Source: an uncultured Flavobacteriales bacterium
Lineage (GTDB): Bacteria; Bacteroidota; Bacteroidia; Flavobacteriales_D; Sanyastnellaceae
Direction of reading: 5' to 3'
DNA: 64,000 bases
Assembly: GCA_965658045.1 (NCBI GenBank)
Contig: CBFHQO010000024.1
Span: 15,134 to 79,133, forward strand
Both the position numbers and the translations under genes were made by a program. Every line of letters starts with the position of its first letter. Position 1 is the stretch's first letter. Below are positions 1 through 8,242 of the stretch, piece by piece. Under the pieces are notes generated by a model. That model searched no databases, was not told where the DNA came from, and worked only from the letters and a program-made list of their open reading frames with translations.

Positions 1-519
1 GACAACTTCTCCCAGCACATCGAAAGCATCACCAACGTGTCCACGGACGACTCCAACTTGGAACGGCTCAACCGCTGGTCGTGTGCGTTGGCCATGTTTG
101 AATCGCGACCGTTTTGGGGCTGGGGGCCTGGAACGTACCAATTCGAGTACGCGCCGTTTCAAACCTCCACCCTTCGCACCCGCATCAGCACCAACAACGC
201 AGACTTGGGCAACGCCCACAGCGAATACCTGGGCCCACTCGCCGAGCAAGGCCTCTTGGGTTTGTTGGCCATCCTCAGCTTGCTGATGGCCACCCTGCAC
301 TTGGGGTTCAAACTTCACAGGACCTTGACCGACCCGGAAAGTCGGGCCTGGGCGATGGGGCTTTTCCTGGGCATCATGACCTACTTCGTTCACGGCGTCT
401 TGAACAACTTCCTGGACACCGACAAAGCCAGCGCTCCCTTCTGGGGCTTCCTGGCCATCCTTGTGGTGATGGACATTCGTCAGTCCAACGAAGGAAACAA
501 GAACGCTGCGCTCACCTGA
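1..519 (+). CDS. O-antigen ligase (Wzy_C) family membrane protein, C-terminal part (5' end upstream of window)
   Basis: The frame is open from base 1. The translation ...LERLNRWSCALAMFESRPFWGWGPGTYQFEY...NAHSEYLGPLAEQGLLGLL, followed by hydrophobic helices, is the typical loop and C-terminus of O-antigen ligase/polymerase-like proteins. Confidence 0.7.
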   Translation, partial: DNFSQHIESITNVSTDDSNLERLNRWSCALAMFESRPFWGWGPGTYQFEYAPFQTSTLRTRISTNNADLGNAHSEYLGPLAEQGLLGLLAILSLLMATLHLGFKLHRTLTDPESRAWAMGLFLGIMTYFVHGVLNNFLDTDKASAPFWGFLAILVVMDIRQSNEGNKNAALT

Positions 520-1753
520 AGCGGCAGCTCAGCATCGCCGTGTCGTCCAACCGTGGGGTTTCACCCCTGAACGCCTCGAGCGCGCCGACAATTTGCCCAT
601 GTACGTCCTCGAGGGCTTGGCCTTCATGTCCCTTCAGCAACGACGCCAAACGCTCCGTTCCAAACGGCACTTCTACCGCGTCTTCCTGTTCCACGAGTCC
701 GTCGGTGTAGCAGCACAGCACGGAGCCTGCCGTCACTGGAACTTGCCCTTCCTCCACGCTGGGGATGTCGCGGAACATGCCCAAGCCCACAGACCCCAGT
801 CCGAGCAACTCGTGGCGCCCCCCAGGATGAAGGAACAGCGGGGGATTGTGGCCGCAGTTGACGTAGTCCAAGCGGTCGCCTTCGGCGTTGAGTTTGGCCA
901 CGAAAAACGTGATGTACTTCTCTCCGCGTGCGATGTCCATGACGCGGCGGTTCAAGACATGAAGCGTGTCCGTGAGGGTGCCTGTGTGGGCGCGGAACAA
1001 CGCCCGGACCTGCGCTTGAAAATTGCTCATCAGCAGGGCCGCACTCATGCCCTTGCCACTCACATCGGCCATGCAAATGACCGTCTCGTTCGACTCCGTG
1101 ACGAAGGCGTCGTAACAATCGCCACCCACTTCGGTGTGGGGCTGGTAATGCCCCGCCACGTCCAAGTCAATGTGGTCCCAGCACTCGGGCAACAGCATCG
1201 CCTGCATCTCGCCCGCGAGCTCCAACTCCCGCCGGAGCGCCTCCTGCTCCAGGTTCCGGCGGTTCATTTGACGGTTGCGTCGCGCCACCACCAAGATGTT
1301 GGTCAGCGTCACGAGGAAATTCAAGTGTTTCACCACAGGACTGACGCCCCGCGAATCCGAGGTGTCCCCTGCCAGCACCACCGCAATGGCCTCGTCGTGT
1401 TGGTGAATGGGCACCACCACGTCAGAGGGGTGCTGGTCCGCGTCCATGGCGCCTGCCAACCCAATGCCATCCAAGTCCAAGGACTCGAAAAAGGCAGAAG
1501 GTCTGGAAGCCGGCCACGCAGAGTCGGTGCCTTCAGACACGAGCAAGGACCAGCGCTCGCCGTCCAAATCTGCGGCGTACAACACAAGGCGATCGATGCC
1601 GAGGTTTTCCTTCAACGCCCCCACATACTGGGACATCAACTCGGCCTCGGACGTCTCGCTGTTGATGGCTTGGGTGACCTGAAGCAACGCATTCAACTTG
1701 AAGTCTCGCAATTCGAGCTTCTCCTTGAGGCGGCGTTCCTTCCCGTGGGTCAT
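512..1753 (-). CDS. SpoIIE/PP2C-family serine phosphatase with GAF-like N-terminal sensor domain
   Basis: The C-terminal half carries PP2C/SpoIIE motifs (GGDCYDAF, MADVSGKGMSAALLMS, CGHNPPL, YTDGLVE). The N-terminal half is GAF-like. ATG 1753 avoids overlap with efp; the track start 1792 is the alternative. Confidence 0.8.
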   Translation of the reverse strand: MTHGKERRLKEKLELRDFKLNALLQVTQAINSETSEAELMSQYVGALKENLGIDRLVLYAADLDGERWSLLVSEGTDSAWPASRPSAFFESLDLDGIGLAGAMDADQHPSDVVVPIHQHDEAIAVVLAGDTSDSRGVSPVVKHLNFLVTLTNILVVARRNRQMNRRNLEQEALRRELELAGEMQAMLLPECWDHIDLDVAGHYQPHTEVGGDCYDAFVTESNETVICMADVSGKGMSAALLMSNFQAQVRALFRAHTGTLTDTLHVLNRRVMDIARGEKYITFFVAKLNAEGDRLDYVNCGHNPPLFLHPGGRHELLGLGSVGLGMFRDIPSVEEGQVPVTAGSVLCCYTDGLVEQEDAVEVPFGTERLASLLKGHEGQALEDVHGQIVGALEAFRGETPRLDDTAMLSCRFR

Positions 1754-1763
1754 CCCCTCGAGC

Positions 1764-2330
1764 TCACTTTTTGATGCGCTCCGTGTAATCACCGCTGCGC
1801 GTGTCCACTTTGATCCAATCGCCTTTGTTGATGAACAAGGGCACCCGCACTTCAGCTCCTGTGTCCACCGTGGCGGGCTTGAGCGAGTTGGTGGCGGTGT
1901 CTCCTTTCACGCCAGGCTCGGTGTAGGTGATCTCCAACTCCACATGGCTCGGCAAGTCGCAGCTGATGGGGCGTTCCTCCTCGGCGTGGAAGACCACCAA
2001 GCAGTTCAATCCGTCTTTCAAGAATTGCGGGGCGCTGATCAAATGCTTTTCCAACCGGACCTGCTCGTAGGTCTCGGTGTTCATGAAGTGGTAGCCCTCG
2101 TCGTCGTTGTACAAAAACGTGTGCTCCCGGGTCTCGATGCGCACAGGGTCGATTTTGTGCCCGGCGTTGAAGGTGTTGTCCACCACTTTGCCGGTCTCGA
2201 TGTTCTTCAACTTGGTGCGAACAAAGGCCGCGCCCTTGCCAGGTTTGACGTGCAAAAACTCCACAATTTGCCACAACCCGTTGTTGTGGTTGAGGACCAT
2301 GCCGTTCTTGATGTCGCTGGTGTTTGCCAT
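1764..2330 (-). CDS. efp: translation elongation factor P
   Basis: 188-aa translation MANTSDIKNGMVLNHNNGLWQIVEFLHVKPGKGAAFVRTKLKN... is full-length EF-P. The start is an internal ATG of track ORF 1764..2498. Confidence 0.97.
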   Translation of the reverse strand: MANTSDIKNGMVLNHNNGLWQIVEFLHVKPGKGAAFVRTKLKNIETGKVVDNTFNAGHKIDPVRIETREHTFLYNDDEGYHFMNTETYEQVRLEKHLISAPQFLKDGLNCLVVFHAEEERPISCDLPSHVELEITYTEPGVKGDTATNSLKPATVDTGAEVRVPLFINKGDWIKVDTRSGDYTERIKK

Positions 2331-2367
2331 GTCTGTAGGTTCGTGAAGGCCAAGATAGGACAGCCCT

Positions 2368-4431
2368 TCACGCTTCCCACGACAATCGAAGCGCGCAACG
2401 AAAGGCGACTTGTTGAGAAGGTGCACAGGAGGCATGGACCGACCAAGTTCGATTTCCTTCTCTGTCGTTCCATGCCGCCCAAAGAGAAGCGCGCGCACCC
2501 TGCGCTGGAGTTTGCATCCACGTCATCCTGTCTGCCCACGGCAAGACCGCGCGTTGCGTGGCCCCTCCTTGGACGCCCTCCATCCACAACATCCCCAGCC
2601 TTGCGCGCCTTGGCCCCTCCAGCCTGTAGGTCATCTTCACTTGCCTCGCCAAAGCCCATCCCTCGCTGGAGCGGTGGACCGTCATCTTGACTTGACCCCT
2701 TTCGCGCTGGTGCCGCACCCCACATTCAGCTTCATCCTCGCCTGCGGTGAAGGCCAAGCGCCATCCAGGCTTGGGGCGCACCCTTGCTTCCAGCATGGCC
2801 GTTCTGTTGTCCACAGACAACCTCATCTGAAAGGGCACACCCCCCTGCCTGGGGCGGCAGGCCATGCTGTACAACGTGGCAAATTGAGAAGCCTCGGGCT
2901 CGTGAAACACCCATCGGCCCCGGCCTGTCGCTTGAAGCAACCAAGCGTCCCCCCAAGCCCGTCGGACAGAGGCGTGGCCCAGGACCGCCCGGTCTGGCCA
3001 AACCATGGCCAAGGCCCATTTGAACGTGGTGAGGCCCCACCACAAACGCCCCCGAAGCACCCAGCTTCTGGGTTCCTGTGGACATCCATCCTTCAAGGTC
3101 GAGCCACACGTCTGGTTCTTGTTGTGATCTGGCCAATGCCGCCACATGACTGGGTCCAATGGACGCCCCAAACGTGCGATCACCCAGGAACCACTCGCCC
3201 GCCAAACCACGCATCAGGCCGTGATGTCCCGTTTGCATGGACGGCGTCAACCGGCCCGGAGCCGGCAATCCCGGGTCGCCCACATGCCACTCCGTTCCGA
3301 AAGTCCGACCTCTCGGAATCGTCAGGCCTTGCCCCCATGCTGCGCTGTGGTCTCCAAGCGTCCAGTGCAAATCTCCACGACGGCCCCAAAGCGATCCAGC
3401 CCAAGTCGTGGGGTGGTCCGTGGTGCATGTCCATTTGGCCCGCGACGTCTTCCCCCTCCAAACGCCCATGCCTTCAGGCGTCAAGGATTGCGCGGACCAG
3501 GACCGTTGAATCACCCAGGAATGCTTGCTCGGGCTTGGGCGTTGTGCCGCACTTGCCACTTGCTCCATCGCCCACCGTCGTCACCAAGGTTGTCTTTCAA
3601 GCCAACGCTGCGTGGCCGCGTCCAGGCCTTCGACACGCCTGGCCGTTTCAACAGCCCAAGGCTTGCCGTGAAGCTCGACATGCCTCGCTACCGCCTCGGC
3701 CGCAGCCCAGCTGCAATGGCCCTGTTCCGCCGCCCGACTCAAGGTGCGCAGCACCTCCACCGCCACGTCGCACGACCATTCTGAAAGACCCTTTTGGGCC
3801 ACTGCAACCACGAAGGACGTGACCTGAATCCCCATCAAGACCGCCGCCTTGATCGCAGCCCTCCATGTCATTCTTCCCATCGCCAAGCCAGGTGATGAAA
3901 CGCCACAACACCGCGCTGTCCGCGGACCACACGCCACCCATGCCGCCTCGAGTTCACACGTCCCAACCGCGTCAAGGACTTGGATGTCTCCTCTGGGAGC
4001 GAGCCCGTGACGAGAGCTGGGGACCAAGACCACCCCACTTCAGCCACCCACCTCGGGCCTCCAAGCAAGACCTGGAATCCCCGACTCCAACGACGCCACA
4101 AACGCAGGTCATCCATCCAGTTTGGATCGGGATTCCACCGAACGCCCCACTGTCCTTCCTGAGACCACATCAACTCCGGACACCCCAATAAACCCGCTGG
4201 GTTGGGAGGCTGCCACGAGGCAGACCATGTCCATGGACCCTGAAAGGCCCCGCGCGCGGTCCATCCCACCACCGCTGCAAATATCCCCGACCCTTCCACC
4301 ACATGGCTGAACCGGGCCTCGGCAGAGGCCCAAGCGTCTACCTGCCGCAACTGCGGCCATCGGTCGACCCCGACCTGGACGAGCACGTCCAAGGAGAGCC
4401 CCCCGACGACTTTGTGCTGGCCTCCACTCAC
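2368..4431 (-). pseudogene. possible multiply frameshifted relic of a ~700-codon minus-strand gene (family unknown); could instead be non-coding or foreign DNA
   Basis: Minus-strand ORFs 3868..4431, 3581..4033, 2732..3568 and 2368..3210 tile the region in two frames. Two of them are separated only by one in-frame TGA. Codon-position composition is weak and the best frame changes along the region. No family is recognisable. Confidence 0.25.
2630..2694 (-). repeat. 14-nt near-identical direct repeat GTCATCTT[C/G]ACTTG, 51 nt apart
   Basis: Copies lie at 2630..2643 and 2681..2694. In the minus frame of ORF 2368..3210 both encode QVKMT, and the single difference is a synonymous Val codon (GTG/GTC). 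Confidence 0.6.
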
Positions 4432-4717
4432 GCTGTGTTGCTGCCATGCTGCCTAGCCTTGGTGATGCATCCCGGCAACCCACTGGGCACCAGGCATGTT
4501 GCGTCCGAACCGCGCGTCCATCCCAAACCAAGGGGCCCCCGCCACATGCTGATGGATGGCAATCTCCCCCCATTGGGAACGAAGGTCAGACGCCTGGGCG
4601 CAAGCCACGACCGCAGGAATCCACATGGCCGCAACCCAATCTCAACGACTTCACAACGCAAACAAATCATCCGCAAAGCCGCTGAAAGCGACCGGGTTGA
4701 CAAACGCAGCACATGGC

Positions 4718-4747
4718 TTGGCCTGCGAGAAAAACGACCTACCTTTG
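4718..4747 (+). promoter_or_regulatory. Bacteroidota-type promoter for tRNA-Leu (-33 TTG / -7 TAnnTTTG)
   Basis: TTG at 4718..4720, a 19-nt spacer, then TACCTTTG at 4740..4747. This is an exact match to the TAnnTTTG -7 consensus and ends 15 nt before the mature tRNA 5' end. Confidence 0.5.
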
Positions 4748-4762
4748 CGGCCCTTGAAAGAC

Positions 4763-4842
4763 GCGGGTGTGGTGAAATTGGTAGACACGCCAGACTTAGG
4801 ATCTGGTGCTTCGGCGTGGGGGTTCGAGTCCCTCCACCCGCA
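4763..4842 (+). tRNA. tRNA-Leu (anticodon UAG), class II with long variable arm
   Basis: Folded by hand. Acceptor GCGGGTG/CACCCGC plus discriminator A; anticodon stem CCAGA/TCTGG with loop CTTAGGA; long variable arm; T-arm GGGGG-TTCGAGT-CCCTC. No encoded CCA. Confidence 0.95.
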
Positions 4843-4880
4843 CACTTTCAGGAAACCATAAGGCAACCAGAATTTCCGCC

Positions 4881-6236
4881 ATGAACATTGCACAAACTGC
4901 ACTCGACGACCTCCGCATCGAATTGGCCGTCACCCTGACTTCAGACGACTACACCCCACGAGTTGATCGCGCGTTGAAGCGTCACCAACAGCAAGCCCAA
5001 ATGCCTGGCTTCCGCAAAGGGAAAGTGCCCATGCAGCTCATTCGTCGTCAATACGGCCAGTCCGTGTTGGCCGAGGAGTTGAACCAGATGCTCAGCGAAC
5101 AGCTTCAAAACCACATCCAGGAAAACAAGCTGAACGTCCTCGGCAACCCCATCCCAAGTGAGAAGACAGAGGACACTGGAGATTGGAACAACCCTGGCGA
5201 TTTCACCTTCAACTACGAAGTGGGTCTCGCGCCAGAGTTGAGCCTGGAGTTTGGGAAAAGTGCCAAGTTCACCCGCCACAAAATCAAAGTGGACAAGGCC
5301 GCCATTGAGCGCCAGGTCACAGACCTGCAACGCCGCCACGGCAAGATGACCGACCCCGACAAATCGGAGGCCAACGACATGCTCGTCGGCGCCTTTGCGC
5401 AACTCGACAGCGACGGCAACGTGTTGGAAGGCGGCATTGCCAGCGACAGCACCATCAGCGTGGAGTTTGTGGAAGACAAGAAGACCAAGAAAGCCCTTGT
5501 GGGAATCGAACCAGGTTCGACCGTGGACGTCGACCCGCACAAAGTGAGCCGTGGGCATGACGATTTGGGCCGCATGTTGGGCATCAGCCACGAGCAAGTC
5601 CACGACCTCCAAGGGAACTTCCGGTTCACCGTGAAAGAGGTGAAGCGCCTCGAGCCCCACGACATCAACCAGTCGCTGTTCGACAAAATCTACGGCGAAG
5701 GCGTCGTCACCGACGAGAAGGCTTTCCGCGAGCGCGTGGCCGAGGACCTCGACGGGCACTTTGACCGCGACGCAGAATGGGTGTTTCGACGCCGCTTTGT
5801 GGTCGACCTGCTTGAAAAAATCGACGTCAAGCTTCCCGACGCTTTCTTGAAACGCTGGATTGCGTTGACCAACGAAAAGCCCCTCACGCCTGAGCAGCTC
5901 GAGGAGGAGTACCCTGGTTACGCCGAGTCGTTGCGCTGGCAAATTCTCCAGCAGACCGTGGCCCAGGCCATCGACCTCAAGGTGGACGCCGCTGAACTCG
6001 AGGCCGAGGCCAAGCGTCAAGTGGGTGCCCAGTACGCGCAATATGGCATGCCCATGGACGAGGAAACCCTCGGCAACGTGGCCAAAAACGTCCTCAACGA
6101 CGAAAACGAGCGCCGCCGCATCGCGGACGTGCTCGTCGAGCGGAAGGTGGTCGACGACCTCAAGACGCGCGTCAAGATTTCAGAGAAGTTGGTGAGCTTC
6201 GACGAGTTCGGAAAGCTCGCCGCAGAGGTGCGTTGA
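4881..6236 (+). CDS. tig: trigger factor
   Basis: Translation MNIAQTALDDLRIELAVTLTSDDYTPRVDRALKRHQQQAQMPGFRKGKVPMQLIRRQYG... shows the trigger-factor N-terminal signature. The tig-clpP-clpX order is conserved. Confidence 0.95.
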   Translation: MNIAQTALDDLRIELAVTLTSDDYTPRVDRALKRHQQQAQMPGFRKGKVPMQLIRRQYGQSVLAEELNQMLSEQLQNHIQENKLNVLGNPIPSEKTEDTGDWNNPGDFTFNYEVGLAPELSLEFGKSAKFTRHKIKVDKAAIERQVTDLQRRHGKMTDPDKSEANDMLVGAFAQLDSDGNVLEGGIASDSTISVEFVEDKKTKKALVGIEPGSTVDVDPHKVSRGHDDLGRMLGISHEQVHDLQGNFRFTVKEVKRLEPHDINQSLFDKIYGEGVVTDEKAFRERVAEDLDGHFDRDAEWVFRRRFVVDLLEKIDVKLPDAFLKRWIALTNEKPLTPEQLEEEYPGYAESLRWQILQQTVAQAIDLKVDAAELEAEAKRQVGAQYAQYGMPMDEETLGNVAKNVLNDENERRRIADVLVERKVVDDLKTRVKISEKLVSFDEFGKLAAEVR

Positions 6237-6323
6237 TTCTACCCCTGCGGTTGTGAACAACCTGCCCTCATGAGGGGTGGGGTGTCCTGAGGTGGGTGTA
6301 ATTTGGTCCAACAGATTCGCACC

Positions 6324-7016
6324 ATGAACAACCGCAAAGAATTCCTGAAGTATGCCGTGGGACACCATGGCATGAGCAGCCACACTGTCGAAGACTACAT
6401 TTCAGCCACCCACGGACCTGTTTCGGGGCCTGAAAGCATGACCCGCACCGTGATTGAAGAGCGCCCCATGCCCTTTCGCGAGGTGGACGTCTTCTCGCGC
6501 TTGATGGCCGACCGCATCATCTTCCTCGGCACCGGGGTGGACGACTACATCGCCAACATCATTCAAGCCCAGTTGCTCTTCTTGGAATCGACCGACCCCG
6601 GGAAGGACATCCAGATCTACATCAACTCTCCCGGCGGAAGTGTGTACGCGGGATTGGGCATCTACGACACCATGCAGTACATCCGTCCTGACGTGGCGAC
6701 CATTTGCACCGGCATGGCGGCGTCCATGGGTGCCGTGCTTTTGTGTGGCGGGGCCGCAGGCAAGCGCACAGGACTCAAGCACAGCCGGGTCATGATCCAC
6801 CAGCCCCTTGGAGGTGCACGAGGCCAAGCTTCCGACATTGAAATCACGGCGCGCGAAATCCAAAAGCTCAAGAAAGAGCTCTACGACATCATCGCCCAGC
6901 ACAGCGGTCAGACCTACGACAAGGTGTGGGAGGACAGCGACCGAGACTATTGGATGATCGCCGAGGAAGCCAAGGAATACGGCATGATCGACGAGGTCCT
7001 GGTTCGTCCCAGCTGA
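6324..7016 (+). CDS. clpP: ATP-dependent Clp protease proteolytic subunit
   Basis: Motifs [20 protein letters not shown] and [15 protein letters not shown] (catalytic Ser), plus IHQPLGG. The ATG at 6324 is preferred over the TTG at 6303. Confidence 0.95.
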   Translation: MNNRKEFLKYAVGHHGMSSHTVEDYISATHGPVSGPESMTRTVIEERPMPFREVDVFSRLMADRIIFLGTGVDDYIANIIQAQLLFLESTDPGKDIQIYINSPGGSVYAGLGIYDTMQYIRPDVATICTGMAASMGAVLLCGGAAGKRTGLKHSRVMIHQPLGGARGQASDIEITAREIQKLKKELYDIIAQHSGQTYDKVWEDSDRDYWMIAEEAKEYGMIDEVLVRPS

Positions 7017-7019
7017 TTC

Positions 7020-8240
7020 ATGGCAGACAAAGACCTCCAATGCTCGTTCTGCGGACGCCCCAAGGCGGACGTGGACATTCTGATTGCTGGAGCCACAGGC
7101 CACATCTGCGAACGCTGTGTGGACCAGGCTCAGGCCATCGTGGCGGAAGAAGGTGGCACCCAAGCTTCGGCACAATCTTCCATCGACTTCACCCTGCGCA
7201 GACCAGCTGAAATCAAGGCCCACCTCGACGAGTTTGTGATTGGTCAGGACGCCGCCAAGCGCACGTTGAGCGTCGCGGTGTACAACCACTACAAGCGTCT
7301 GACCCACGAACATGCCGGCGGTGATTCGGGCATTGAGTTGGACAAGAGCAACGTCATCTTGGTGGGCGAAACAGGCACGGGAAAGACACTTCTGGCCAAG
7401 ACCATCGCACGCATGTTGGACGTGCCCTTCTGCATCGCCGACGCCACCGTGTTGACGGAGGCAGGCTATGTGGGGGAGGACGTGGAAAGCGTGCTGTCGC
7501 GGCTCTTGCAAGCGGCCGACTACGACGTGGAGGCCGCCGAGCGAGGCATCGTCTTCATCGACGAGATTGACAAAATTGCCCGGAAGAGCGACAACCCCTC
7601 CATCACCCGCGACGTGAGTGGCGAGGGTGTCCAACAAGCGTTGCTGAAACTGCTGGAAGGCACTGACGTGCAGGTCCCGCCCCAAGGCGGCCGAAAGCAC
7701 CCCGAACAGAAGCTCATCACCGTGAACACCGCGAACATCTTGTTTGTCTGCGGCGGGGCATTTGCCGGGATGGAAAAAATCGTCGCCCGCCGGTTGCGTC
7801 AAAGCACCATTGGCTACGCCAACCAAGGCATGACGGTGGAGGACTCTGAAGCGCTGGCTTACGTGGATCCCTCGGACCTTCGGGCCTTTGGATTGATTCC
7901 GGAATTGATCGGCCGATTCCCCGTGCTGACGGCCTTGCGGCCCCTCAAGCGGGATGCCTTGCGACGCATCCTGACCGAGCCCAAAAACGCCCTCGTGCGC
8001 CAGTACGTGCACATTTTTGCCATGGACGACATCAAGCTCAGCTTCGACAGCGGCGCCCTCGATTTGATTGTGGACCACGCCGTGGAACGCAAGCTTGGGG
8101 CACGTGGCCTTCGGGGCATTTGTGAGGTGATTTTGCGCAACGCGATGTTTGACCTTCCAGGGAGCGACACCAAGACCTTGAAAGTCACGGCGAAATACGC
8201 CCAATCCCAGCTGGACGCGCAACACCAACAAGCTTCTTGA
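7020..8240 (+). CDS. clpX: ATP-dependent Clp protease ATP-binding subunit ClpX
   Basis: N-terminal zinc ribbon CSFCGR...CERC, Walker A GETGTGKT, and the [10 protein letters not shown] Walker B. Confidence 0.97.
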   Translation: MADKDLQCSFCGRPKADVDILIAGATGHICERCVDQAQAIVAEEGGTQASAQSSIDFTLRRPAEIKAHLDEFVIGQDAAKRTLSVAVYNHYKRLTHEHAGGDSGIELDKSNVILVGETGTGKTLLAKTIARMLDVPFCIADATVLTEAGYVGEDVESVLSRLLQAADYDVEAAERGIVFIDEIDKIARKSDNPSITRDVSGEGVQQALLKLLEGTDVQVPPQGGRKHPEQKLITVNTANILFVCGGAFAGMEKIVARRLRQSTIGYANQGMTVEDSEALAYVDPSDLRAFGLIPELIGRFPVLTALRPLKRDALRRILTEPKNALVRQYVHIFAMDDIKLSFDSGALDLIVDHAVERKLGARGLRGICEVILRNAMFDLPGSDTKTLKVTAKYAQSQLDAQHQQAS

Positions 8241-8242
8241 CC

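Noticed and set aside
3150-3230. Alpha/beta-hydrolase-like motifs in the minus ORF 2732..3568 (GHHG ... FGASIG resembling the HG oxyanion and GxSxG nucleophile elbow)
   Set aside because: The two motifs are only ~18 residues apart instead of the usual ~60-70, and no downstream Asp/His context exists. Most likely a chance match in Gly-rich sequence.
2410-3822. 470-codon plus-strand ORF, the longest ORF in the anomalous region
   Set aside because: The translation is Pro/Arg/His/Ser-rich with scattered Cys and Trp and has no recognisable motif. Its putative third codon position (coordinates divisible by 3) is not GC-enriched in my line tallies. It looks like the complement-frame shadow of G-rich minus-strand sequence, not a gene.
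3581-4200. Squalene-hopene-cyclase-like QW motifs suggested by the Trp richness (QRWLERQPW, GQWGVRWNPDPNW)
   Set aside because: The spacing does not fit the QW consensus (three residues between L and Q, GxW after Q), and no DxDD motif is present.
2420-4715. Known structured RNAs (rRNA, tmRNA, RNase P, SRP RNA, group II intron) hidden in the gene-free region
   Set aside because: I found none of the diagnostic strings I know: the RNase P GAGGAAAGTCC, a tmRNA tRNA-like end, or group II domain V with an RT ORF carrying YADD. A novel ncRNA cannot be excluded without covariance searches.
2420-4842. Integrative element inserted at tRNA-Leu
   Set aside because: The odd region lies 5' of the tRNA rather than at its 3' end. 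I see no integrase or recombinase-like translation in any frame, and no duplicated copy of the tRNA 3' half to serve as an att repeat.
6265-6276. Palindrome CCCTCATGAGGG between tig and clpP as a terminator
   Set aside because: Only 4 bp can pair around a 4-nt loop, and there is no U-run. It is too weak to call. It may simply be a restriction-site-like palindrome.
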